From SAR86 cluster bacterium AG-422-E19 (GTDB lineage: Bacteria > Pseudomonadota > Gammaproteobacteria > Magnimaribacterales > AG-339-G14): a DNA stretch of 64,000 nt. Position numbers and translations under genes: made by a program. Shown here one piece after another: positions 1-9,300 of the stretch (position 1 is the first letter of the stretch; each line of letters begins with the position of its first letter). The stretch lies in contig QCMR01000001.1 of the NCBI GenBank assembly GCA_003213595.1, positions 24,148 through 88,147 on the forward strand. Direction: 5' to 3'. The notes beneath the pieces were generated by a model, which saw only the letters and a program-made list of their open reading frames with translations, ran no database searches and was not told the DNA's origin.

Positions 1-1476
1 CAGCCAGTCTTCATAGTTTAAAAAAGGCTTTATTTTATTGGGATATAGTTTGTTCAACTCATCAAAAGTTTTGCCCAAGCCACATGAATGTTCAGCATTT
101 TCAATGCTTGGAAATCTTTTCAAAGCTTCTTTAAATGAACTGATAGACATCCAATAGAAATGAGAATATTTGGATAAATCTTCTATCTCTTTTTCAGGCA
201 CTAATTTATAAGTTGCAATAAGTTTTTTATCTTTTGATTCTGAATCAACATGAGAGACCAAAAACCAATTTACCTCCTCAAGTAACGAGCTGGGTTGCGA
301 TTGTTCCTCTCCTAGGCTATCTGAAGTCCCATTCACCCATATTCCTTTCCTTGCTAATTTAAACCAGTTTTCAATGCCGCTTGTCCAAATGACATTTGAC
401 AAATCAATTGCTCTAACTTTTTCTATTGAACTTGCTCTTGAGATATACAAACCAGAATTTTTAATTGCTTCCATTTCTTTTATCCCTTCGTCAACCTTTG
501 ATCGGGAAAATAATTTAAAATCCTTTTTTGATTTCGGGTAGAAATCTTCGATTGGATTTTTGAATCCGGATAATTCTTTCTTGAAAGGAGAAAAAAACCT
601 TTTATCAATGAGTTCATTTTCTGGCGTTAAGCCTTTCTCAGTGGTGATTTTTCCAAGAGGATGATTTTCTATGCTTACGCCTATTTTTTGATGACAGCCT
701 CCGCCGTATTTTTTGAGTTTTTTTCTTTCCTCTTCTACATCTTTAAAAACATCTAAATCATTGATTTCATTGAGTAATTCAATTACTTCTTTATTACCTG
801 ATTTTATCTCGACAGCTAATGCTCCTTGGCCAGGCGCACAAGGATTTTGTGAACAAGGAATTACCATCCACAAAAATTCATCTAAGTCCTTTTTAAAGGA
901 ATCTAATTCAGTTGTTATCTCTTCTATGGGGGATAAAAGTCGATCCAAAGCAGCCTTGGCTATTACCAAACCATCTGCATTTGAATCTTTAAGTTTTTGA
1001 ACTCTGGTTAAAATATTTCCCCTGATATCACTAAAGCTGAAAGAGTTTATTTCAAAAGGAAAAGCTTTCTTTAAAAATTTTGATAGATTTTCTTGTCTTC
1101 TTGGAGATGACGTATAGATTTCTAATTTTTTCTTTTTGAAGGAACTTTTCTTGAAGATCAAAACATCTCTTGGATCAGCTCTTTTTATAGTTGCAGCAAT
1201 TTCTGTCCCTTCTTCAAGATCAACTGGCAGATCTTTCCAGGAGTGAACGGCAATATCTGCTTTTCCAGTTAATAATTCTTCTCGGATGTCTGAGGTAAAA
1301 ACTCCCATTTCAGGCATTTTGTGCAGGGGTGTAGTTAAGTCTATATCGCCAGAAGTGTCTTTTGTCTTAAAAATAATTTTAATTTCAGGATATTTTTTTT
1401 TAATTACCTCAGAGACTTCTATTGCTTGAAGCTTTGCAAGAGAACTTTTTCTAGAAATGATAGTTAACTCATTCAT
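1..1476 (-). CDS. hemC: Hydroxymethylbilane synthase (porphobilinogen deaminase) with long C-terminal extension; runs off the window's left edge
   Basis: Not in the ORF track. Manual translation from ATG 1476 gives MNELTIISRKSSLAKLQA...TSGD...GVFTSDIREELLTGKADIAVHSWKDLP (HemC signatures). The same frame reads ...PFLNYEDWL at the window edge, implying >=492 aa. Confidence 0.88.
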   Translation of the reverse strand, partial: MNELTIISRKSSLAKLQAIEVSEVIKKKYPEIKIIFKTKDTSGDIDLTTPLHKMPEMGVFTSDIREELLTGKADIAVHSWKDLPVDLEEGTEIAATIKRADPRDVLIFKKSSFKKKKLEIYTSSPRRQENLSKFLKKAFPFEINSFSFSDIRGNILTRVQKLKDSNADGLVIAKAALDRLLSPIEEITTELDSFKKDLDEFLWMVIPCSQNPCAPGQGALAVEIKSGNKEVIELLNEINDLDVFKDVEEERKKLKKYGGGCHQKIGVSIENHPLGKITTEKGLTPENELIDKRFFSPFKKELSGFKNPIEDFYPKSKKDFKLFSRSKVDEGIKEMEAIKNSGLYISRASSIEKVRAIDLSNVIWTSGIENWFKLARKGIWVNGTSDSLGEEQSQPSSLLEEVNWFLVSHVDSESKDKKLIATYKLVPEKEIEDLSKYSHFYWMSISSFKEALKRFPSIENAEHSCGLGKTFDELNKLYPNKIKPFLNYEDWL

Positions 1477-1586
1477 TATAACCAATCCTTATAAACAACT
1501 ATATTATTATAATTCCCTAAAATCTAAATATTTAGTTTGAACTCTTTTACGTCTATAGTAATGTTCAAATTCCTTTTGGAGATGAA

Positions 1587-2837
1587 ATGAACTACAAAAA
1601 ATATTTTTCCGATGAGTTGACCTCTTTAAAGTCGCAAGGTCTTTACAGAAAATTCAGAGAAATAAATCGAGATAAAAAACATTTCCCAAAAGCCACTGAA
1701 AGATTCGAAGGCTCCGAAAGACCTGTTGAAGTCTGGTGCAGTAACGACTACTTAAATTTGAGCCAACACCCAGAAGTTATAAAAAGATCCATTGAAGTTA
1801 TTGAAGAATTGGGGACCGGTTCTGGCGGCACAAGAAATATTTCTGGAACTTCGTCATATCATGCCGACTTGGAAAAAGAGCTTGCCGAACTTCATAATAA
1901 AGAATCCAGTCTGATCTTCCCTTCTGCATATACAGCTAACCAGTCCACTCTTTGGACGCTATGTAAAAAACTTGAAGGTATCGAGGTATTCTCCGATGAA
2001 CTAAATCACGCTTCTATGATTCAAGGTATCAAAAACGCTAACGTTCCTTGTCATATTTTTCGTCACAATGATGTCGATCATCTAAAAGAATTGTTAAATA
2101 CCTCCAATGCCAGTGTGCCTAAACTCATAGTTTTAGAATCTCTTTATTCTATGGAAGGTTTGCGATCACCTCTCAAACAAATCGTTTCCTTGGCAAAAGA
2201 ATTCAACGCTTTAACTTATCTCGATGAAGTTCACTCTGTTGGTCTTTATGGGTCAGAAGGCAGAGGAATTGCAGAAGAGCAAAACGTTAGCGACGAAATA
2301 GACATCATAAACGGTACTTTATCTAAAGCTTTTGGCCAAATGGGTGGCTATGTTGCTGCCAGTTCCGACATTATTGATTTCATAAGAAGTTTTGCTCCTG
2401 GTTTTATCTTTACTTCTTCTGCAAACCCAAGTATTGCAGCTGCTTCTATTAAGGCCATTGAAGTAGCAAAAAAGTCTGAAAATCTTAGAGAAGACATTAG
2501 ACAAAATTCTGATTTAATAAGAACTGGGTTAAGAGATTTGGAAATTCCTCATCTCGACAATGACAGTCACATCATTCCCATTCATCTTGAAGATCCGAGA
2601 CTGTGTAAAAATGCTGCTAATCTTCTTATCGAAGATCATGGAATTTACATTCAGCCAGTATTTTACCCAACGGTTCCAAAAGGCGATGAAAGATTTAGAG
2701 TTACTATTACACCCAAACACCAATCAGAAGATATCGAGAGGTTCTTATCTTCATTAAATCAGGTTTGGGATAAATTAAGTTTAAGAAGAGAAAGCTACGC
2801 ATCCGGCCAAAAACCTCAAGTTACAAAAATTTACTAA
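1587..2837 (+). CDS. hemA: 5-aminolevulinate synthase (PLP-dependent, C4/Shemin pathway)
   Basis: VWCSNDYL, GSGGTRNISGT, SDELNHASMIQGI, FRHND, DEVHSVGLYG, GTLSKAFG (PLP lysine); SD GGAG upstream. Confidence 0.93.
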   Translation: MNYKKYFSDELTSLKSQGLYRKFREINRDKKHFPKATERFEGSERPVEVWCSNDYLNLSQHPEVIKRSIEVIEELGTGSGGTRNISGTSSYHADLEKELAELHNKESSLIFPSAYTANQSTLWTLCKKLEGIEVFSDELNHASMIQGIKNANVPCHIFRHNDVDHLKELLNTSNASVPKLIVLESLYSMEGLRSPLKQIVSLAKEFNALTYLDEVHSVGLYGSEGRGIAEEQNVSDEIDIINGTLSKAFGQMGGYVAASSDIIDFIRSFAPGFIFTSSANPSIAAASIKAIEVAKKSENLREDIRQNSDLIRTGLRDLEIPHLDNDSHIIPIHLEDPRLCKNAANLLIEDHGIYIQPVFYPTVPKGDERFRVTITPKHQSEDIERFLSSLNQVWDKLSLRRESYASGQKPQVTKIY

Positions 2838-2847
2838 TTTAAAAGTC

Positions 2848-2872
2848 GAAATCCCGCCAATGGCGGGATTTC
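2848..2872. terminator. Intrinsic terminator, probably bidirectional (hemA and the convergent TonB receptor transcript)
   Basis: Perfect 11-bp stem GAAATCCCGCC-aat-GGCGGGATTTC with T-rich flanks on both strands. Confidence 0.85.
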
Positions 2873-3079
2873 TTCTCTCCAAAAAACTATATTGAAATAT
2901 CAGGGGGAGATCTTTATGAGATCTGCCATGAGATGAAATGAAAAGGCGTCTCTAAAAATCCACATATCTCAATTTTCGTTTTTTTTCTGGAAGGAAAGCA
3001 ACTCTTAAAAATATTTGAAATATCTTCCTGGATTATTTCAAAATATATAAAGTTGCTTTTCTTCGTTCTCTCCTAATGA
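2873..3079 (-). ncRNA. Candidate 3'UTR-derived regulatory sRNA
   Basis: Unusually long non-coding gap. ~30-bp imperfect hairpin at 2990-3064. CU-rich tract with 13-nt perfect complementarity to the hemA SD/AUG. Ends at the terminator. Confidence 0.45.
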
Positions 3080-5224
3080 TTAAAATCTTTTGCTGTAAGA
3101 AACTCTTACGTTTTGAGACTCACCTACTGAAACTTGATGGTCAGAGTGAGAATGAGGATAATAAGTTTCATCACCTAGGTTTTCAATATTAATCCTTACA
3201 ACATCGTTTTCACCTGGAGTAATTGTCATTGCCATATCTAACCTAGTGTAATCAGGTAATAATGGTCCAGATTCCGCATTAATATAGGATTCATCTTGGT
3301 ATGTTGCTCCAAAGCTAATTGCAAACATGTCGTTAGCTTGGTGTGTATACCACAACGAATAAGTGAGCTCAGGTATTTCCTTTGCTGCTCCCGATCCTTT
3401 CGATTTAGTAGCATCTACAGAAGCTAAGCCAAATCTAATAGCATTGTTATCATTAACTTGGCCGTTAAGAGTTATTTCAAAACCATCGATTTCCAAACCT
3501 ATTTCTCGTGTTTCTTCGCCAGTTCCATTATCAAAAGCAGTTGCTTTAGTCTGTTCACCTGTGAAATAAGCTAATGCAAGCGAGAGACCTGAATCAGTGT
3601 CATATTTAAAACCTAATTCAGTATTTTCAAAAACATCTGGATCAAACTTGCCAGAATCTCCTTTAAAAGTCTTATATTGTTCGCCCGAACGAGGTTGAAA
3701 TGCCTCACTGTAGCTAAAGTATAGCGACATGTTTTCTTGAGGTTTAAAAATTAATCCTAAGCGAGGTGAGAAAAGAGAATCTTTTTTCGTTAAGCTTGGA
3801 TTAGTTCCATTTAAAGCTCCTTTGCCTGTTCCATCAACAGTTATGCCGTACTGTTTAATTGTAGTTTCAACTTCGTCATAACGACCACCTAGGATCATGT
3901 TCCACTGGTCTGCTAAGTCTATGTTCCCTTGAAGATAGAGTGAAGTAACTTCGATGTCAGTATCAGATTGGTTGTTCAAATCAGATATATAATCGACATA
4001 AGTCACTTGGTCTTGAGTTACGTCTGCATCTGTCAATCCACCTGTTTCAAGCGTTCGTCTGTTCGTAAGATTTCCATTTGCTACATTAAAATTCATATTT
4101 CTGACTGGCATAAAGATTTCATTATCGTCTCTAGTAGAAGAGAAGTAAGTGTTGTAACGGTGGTTGTTGTTTTCAGTATCAACCATTTCAAAACCTACAG
4201 TTAATGTTCCTCGATCAAATTCATTTATGCTGCTTAAAGCAATGATTAAGCTTTCACGCATAGTTACATCACGATATCCATCCATCTTAGCTCCCATGGA
4301 AGCTGTGTAATCAGACACGTACAAGTTTTGATACATTTTTCTGAAATCGTTTGCAGTAACACTAAAATTAAGTTTTCCAGTATCAGAATAATTGTGATTC
4401 AGTGAGCCTTTTAAAATATTTGCTTCAAGCGTTGTTGTATTAAGGTCTTTAGTACCAAAAACAATGTCTTTCATAGCATCAATTGGGCTTTTAGTTGCAT
4501 CATCAGTTGGAATACCTCTATCAACGAATCTTTCGTGATCAGCGTATTCATAAGACAAATCTATAGTTGTCTCTGAGTCAACTTGAATTTTCATAGTCGG
4601 GTTAACACCTACTCTATCTCCACTAAACATGTCTCTGTGATTAGCAAGCGAATCAACATGAACGTTTAAACGAAAAGCAACGTTATCGTTGACTATCATA
4701 TTTCCGTCCATAGCAACGTCTCCGCCACCAAAAGAATCAATACCAGTGTCAAGAGAGCTAAAGGTTTCGCCAATTTGAGCAGTCTTAGAAACTCTGTTGA
4801 TTAGACCACCAGTTCCGCCACGACCAAATAAAAGTGCATCACCACCTTTAAGTATCTCAACTTGCTCAACGTTGTAAAGAGATCTGTAGTATTGAACGTC
4901 GTCTCTTACGCCATCTTGATAGAAGTCTGCAGTTGATCTAACACCTCTGAAGACAACAGCATCTCTGTGACCCTCACCCTGAGAAGTATTTACTCCTGGG
5001 GTGTATCTAATTAAATCGCCTATTTGCCTGAATCCTTGGTTTCTAATGTCATCATCAGTGATAACAGATACTGATTGAGGAACATCCAAAATCGGTACTG
5101 GGGGTTTAAGAGAGTTAACTTGATCTTTGTAAAGGACTTTGCCTTTAACCTCAAGTGTCTCATCTTGCGCATAAACCGCTGAAGTTGTAAAAACTAAAGC
5201 GAAAAGAAAAACAATTTTTTTCAT
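3080..5224 (-). CDS. TonB-dependent receptor, siderophore/iron type (Fiu-like)
   Basis: Signal peptide; plug PQSVSVI...YTPGV...RG; YNVEQVEILKG; C-terminal Phe; upstream Fur boxes. Confidence 0.9.
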   Translation of the reverse strand: MKKIVFLFALVFTTSAVYAQDETLEVKGKVLYKDQVNSLKPPVPILDVPQSVSVITDDDIRNQGFRQIGDLIRYTPGVNTSQGEGHRDAVVFRGVRSTADFYQDGVRDDVQYYRSLYNVEQVEILKGGDALLFGRGGTGGLINRVSKTAQIGETFSSLDTGIDSFGGGDVAMDGNMIVNDNVAFRLNVHVDSLANHRDMFSGDRVGVNPTMKIQVDSETTIDLSYEYADHERFVDRGIPTDDATKSPIDAMKDIVFGTKDLNTTTLEANILKGSLNHNYSDTGKLNFSVTANDFRKMYQNLYVSDYTASMGAKMDGYRDVTMRESLIIALSSINEFDRGTLTVGFEMVDTENNNHRYNTYFSSTRDDNEIFMPVRNMNFNVANGNLTNRRTLETGGLTDADVTQDQVTYVDYISDLNNQSDTDIEVTSLYLQGNIDLADQWNMILGGRYDEVETTIKQYGITVDGTGKGALNGTNPSLTKKDSLFSPRLGLIFKPQENMSLYFSYSEAFQPRSGEQYKTFKGDSGKFDPDVFENTELGFKYDTDSGLSLALAYFTGEQTKATAFDNGTGEETREIGLEIDGFEITLNGQVNDNNAIRFGLASVDATKSKGSGAAKEIPELTYSLWYTHQANDMFAISFGATYQDESYINAESGPLLPDYTRLDMAMTITPGENDVVRINIENLGDETYYPHSHSDHQVSVGESQNVRVSYSKRF

Positions 5225-5257
5225 AATAAATTCATCTCCTAAATAAGATTGATTATC

Positions 5258-5278
5258 AAATGATAATGATTATCATTT
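5258..5278. promoter_or_regulatory. Fur box overlapping the sigma70 promoter of the TonB receptor
   Basis: AAATGATAATGATTATCATTT (7-1-7 TGATAAT-n-ATTATCA). Minus-strand promoter TTTACA(5288-5283)-17 bp-TATCAT(5265-5260). Confidence 0.88.
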
Positions 5279-5292
5279 ATATTGTAAATGAA

Positions 5293-5311
5293 AATGAGAA
5301 ACATTCTCATT
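5293..5311. promoter_or_regulatory. Second Fur box
   Basis: AATGAGAAACATTCTCATT, near-palindromic Fur-type site. Confidence 0.7.
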
Positions 5312-5340
5312 AAGATATATATTTATAACTTTTTTATTTT

Positions 5341-6231
5341 TTAAGCGTAAAAACGTCGCCAGAAAGTAAGTCCAAGCAAAAGAGAAGCCAACCATGCAAA
5401 AAGTTCCACATAGTTTGGATTACTGTTGTAACCAAAAAATCCTTTTAAGAATGCGCCAACGCTTCCACTATCATGCATGATGTGTATGTATTTGCCCTGC
5501 CCTTTGATGTTGTAACTATAGAAAAAAGATTGATCATTTTCTCCAAGTTCTTCTTTGGGCTTTAAAATATCCCAAGGTCTGGATATTTCCTCTTTGCTTT
5601 CAAGACCAACCATTTGCAAATTATCGGATTTGACCAAATAACTTTCAATTTCATGAGTGCCATAAGCAACCATGCCTGAAGCTAAAAATACCAACAACAA
5701 TGTTGTCGCTTGGAAGAAAGATCTAATATTGAATCTTTTTCCTTGAATAACAAAGATATAAACCAAGATCAAAGCGGCGATGATTCCAGTAAAAAACCCT
5801 AAATAAGAAAAGCTTTGAGTCATCGAAAAACTAGCTAAAAGGAATACAACCGTTTCAAAACCCTCTCGAATCACTGAGAAAAAAACCAAAAAGAAAATTC
5901 CCCAGGACGAACTCATGGCAATAACTGACTGCTCTTCAAGTTGTTTACGATCACTAACATGTTTTGAAAGCCAAAAAATTACATACCAAATAAAGCCTGC
6001 AGTTATGAACATAAAAATTCCTTCAAAGAGAGCTTTAAGAGAGTTGTTTCCCAGAGCCTGTTGCGCTGAAACAATAAAATAAGCGACCAAAATACTGGCA
6101 ACAATTGATGTTAGAACAGCAAGCCATAGCTTTTGAGTTGAAGCGCCATTACTGGTTAGGAATAAATAAATTATTCCGACAATTAAGGCAGCTTCCAAAG
6201 TTTCTCTAAATAGGATAATAAATTCGTTCAT
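5341..6231 (-). CDS. FTR1/EfeU family high-affinity iron permease
   Basis: Two RExxE motifs (FRETLEA, IREGFET); about 7 hydrophobic helices. Confidence 0.92.
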   Translation of the reverse strand: MNEFIILFRETLEAALIVGIIYLFLTSNGASTQKLWLAVLTSIVASILVAYFIVSAQQALGNNSLKALFEGIFMFITAGFIWYVIFWLSKHVSDRKQLEEQSVIAMSSSWGIFFLVFFSVIREGFETVVFLLASFSMTQSFSYLGFFTGIIAALILVYIFVIQGKRFNIRSFFQATTLLLVFLASGMVAYGTHEIESYLVKSDNLQMVGLESKEEISRPWDILKPKEELGENDQSFFYSYNIKGQGKYIHIMHDSGSVGAFLKGFFGYNSNPNYVELFAWLASLLLGLTFWRRFYA

Positions 6232-6259
6232 AAAAATTTAGTGTGTTCTTGAAAATGTA

Positions 6260-6278
6260 AATGATAACTATTCTCATT
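6260..6278. promoter_or_regulatory. Fur box upstream of FTR1
   Basis: AATGATAACTATTCTCATT overlapping minus-strand TTGTTA-16-TATCAT. Confidence 0.8.
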
Positions 6279-6330
6279 AATATAACAAGTTTTTTTATTT
6301 TTTTTCTTGGTATTTTTTTTAGCTTATGAC

Positions 6331-6360
6331 TCGACTTTATAAGGAAAATAAAGGTATCAT
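6331..6360 (+). promoter_or_regulatory. Putative sigma70 promoter of the large TonB receptor
   Basis: TCGACT-18 bp-TATCAT, followed by G-rich SD CAGGGGGG. Confidence 0.45.
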
Positions 6361-6396
6361 TGCCTCATAAATTAAGATTATCCAGGGGGGATAACA

Positions 6397-9300
6397 ATGT
6401 ATAAAAAACTTTTACTTACGGGAGTCCTTCTCTCGTTCTTTTCGGGCTTGAGTTTTACTCAAGATGAACAAGTTACTGTAATAGGTTCCTTGATTAAAGG
6501 TACCCCAATCGATACAGGTTCACCAGTATCAACATTTAATGCTGAAGAAGTTGCTTCTCAAAATAACTTAAATATTGTTGAGCTTATTAAAATGGTTCCT
6601 GGTAGTTCAGGAATGGATGGTGAAGCCAACCAGTTCGGTTCAAATGCTTCTGAGGGTATTGCTAACGTAAACTTGCGTGGTCTTGGGACCAATAGAACTT
6701 TGGTTCTTGTTAACGGCAAAAGACAAGTAACAGTCCCAATCGCGACTGGTGCTGGAAGGTCCGTTAACTTAAACGATCTACCTATGTCTGCTTTAAGTAG
6801 AATAGAAATCCTTAAAGAAGGTGCTGCCGCGACTTATGGTTCTGATGCCATAGCTGGGGTAGTAAACTTCATCACTGATTCAACTTTTGAAGGATTGAGA
6901 GTTAATTTCGGTGCTAAAGGCATATCAGGTGCCGAACAAGATGGTAATGAATTCTCTATAACCTATGGAACAGCCCTTAATGATGGAACTAACTTTCTTT
7001 TATCACTTGGTGCTCAGAAAAAAGGAGAACTTCGTGCAGAAAATACTGAATACGTCAGAAGAAGTTTCAAAGAAAATGGCGTTGGTGGTTGGTCGTCTTT
7101 CGGTAACCCAGGTACTTTTGTTTTTAAACTAGATGATGGTAATGCTAATACCGATGCACCGACTGGCTATGTTGGAGACCCTGGTTGTAATGCTTCTGGT
7201 GGTTATGCGCAATTGCTCTCAGCAGATTCAAAAGTAGCCCATAAAAATGCTGCTGGAGATACTATAAGTGAAACTGACATGGGTGGTTATCACACTTTAT
7301 GTCGTTACCAGTACGCATACTTTGATAACGTTCAGGAAGAACAAACCAATTCTCAACTTTGGATGGAATTTAACGGAGACGTAAACGGGGAACATGATTT
7401 TCATGTGGAATTTTCTTACGGAAAAACAAACGTTCCTAACTATGCTACATCTCCTTCTTATCCCCCAAACAATCCTACTGCAACAGTTGTTCCTAACTAT
7501 CACCCTGGATTGCAAGCTTTGTATACACAACACCCAGCTTTTGCAACTCTATTAAAAGGATCTGCGTTTGGAGGAGATGGAACTACTCAAAGAGCTGCAC
7601 ATGCAATGTTTGCTAGGCCTTTTGCTACAGCGGGAAATCCAAACGGTGCTTCCAATGGAGCGGAAAATGAATTTAGAAAGTATGACGTTTACAGATTTGC
7701 TTTTGATTTTGAAGGTTCTTTAACTGATGGAATCGAATACAGCACGGGATTGAACTATTCACAAAGTGAAGGTAACTATACTTTCTCAGATACACAACAA
7801 AATAAATATAATTCTTCGCTATGGGGTTATGGTGGGCCTAACTGTCCATATGAAATGACTGCGCTTAGCGCGACAGGTGTTCCAACCATGACACACAAAG
7901 TTACAGGAGTTAACGCTACTCTTAGCGCAACACCTCCTACTGGTTGTGGTTACTTGAACATCTTCTCGAATGCCTTTGAGCAAGGGAACCAAGCATTTTA
8001 TGATAATAAAAACCCTTTTACTGGAGACAATCAAGTGGGGACTTCTATTAAAGATAAAGTTGGTAAAAACCCTCATTATTTAGCAGCTCAAGCTAACGAT
8101 CCAGATTTTCTTAGATGGTTAGTTGACAGAGGTGAAGTTGAAGCTAAATCTACTTTAATGACTGCAGATTTCACCATACAAGGCTCTATGGGCGCCCTAT
8201 CTGGTGGAGATGCTGCATGGGCTTTTGGTTATGAAAGAAGAGAGTACAATCTTGAACAATCGCTGCCTTCGAGAGCTGGAACAAAACTTTCACCAACTCA
8301 CGATATCTTTGACGGAGACAAACATCCTTGTCTATTACCTAAAGACAACAGAGATGCTTCTGAAAGAGCTAGCTGTTTAGCTACAAACCCTGCGGGTCTG
8401 TTTATGTTCTTAGCTCCTGCTTACGGAAGAGACCAAAGCCAAGAAGTTGATTCTCTATTTGCTGAATTCGCACTTCCAATTTTGGATAATTTCGACATGC
8501 AATTGGCTTTAAGATATGAAGATTATGGCAATGTTGACTCTGTAGATCCTAAAGTCGTAATGCGTTGGACACCAATTGATGCACTTACTTTAAGGTTTAC
8601 TGGACAAACTACGTTTAGAGCTCCAAACCCAGATGAAATTTGGGACAAGAGATCTACATCACTTGCCTACGTAGCTCAAACCGGTGCGTTTAAAGCAATT
8701 GATGCTACTGGTAATCCTAATCTTGAGCCAGAAGAAGCGACTACTTACAACTTCGGTATCATTACTGACTTTGGTACAGACAATTGGACAGCAACAGTTG
8801 ACTACTACAACTTTGATTTTGATAACCCAATCATTACCGAAGCATATGCGCAAATTGCTGCTGCTTATGCTGCGGGTAAAGCTGCTGGTGCAACAGCTGC
8901 CCAAACTGCTGCTTTTAACGCTGTTAAAGGCCAAGTACGAGGTGGACCTAATTACCGAACCGATGGTTCTTTTGCAGCTTCTCAAATTGCAAGAATAGAA
9001 ACTCTCTATGTTAACGGTCCACAAACGGAAACAGATGGGCTTGATATCTATGTCAAATGGGAAGACGACTATGCTAATGGTGTTTTATCTGCAGGTATGG
9101 AAGCAGCTTACGTAATTGATTACAGTGTTGCTGCATACTCTAAAGGTGGTGCTCAAATAGCTGGTGCTTATGAATGTGCTGGTTACTTCAACATCAATAA
9201 CACTTGTAGATCTATGCCTGACCTTAAGTCAAAAGCATTTGTGAACTATGTAACTGATCAACACAATTTTTATGGTGCCATCAATTATATATCTTCATAT

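Noticed and set aside
713-1000. 95-aa plus-strand ORF and the many other short antisense or overlapping ORFs in the track
   Set aside because: They are shadows of well-supported genes (here hemC) and have no motifs.
2916-2955. Plus-strand mini-ORFs MRSAMR (2916-2936) and MKRRL (2938-2955) behind SD-like sequences
   Set aside because: They lie downstream of the hemA terminator with no clear promoter and are only 5-6 codons long. They are better explained as the mirror image of antisense seeds, although a decayed gene start cannot be excluded.
6276-6290. Possible Zur half-site (TATAACA) upstream of the large TonB receptor
   Set aside because: Only one half matches, and it coincides with the FTR1 -35 element.
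7830-7838. TGGTGGGCC matching the tRNA 3' end (possible att duplicate)
   Set aside because: Only 9 nt, inside an intact coding region, and no integrase nearby.
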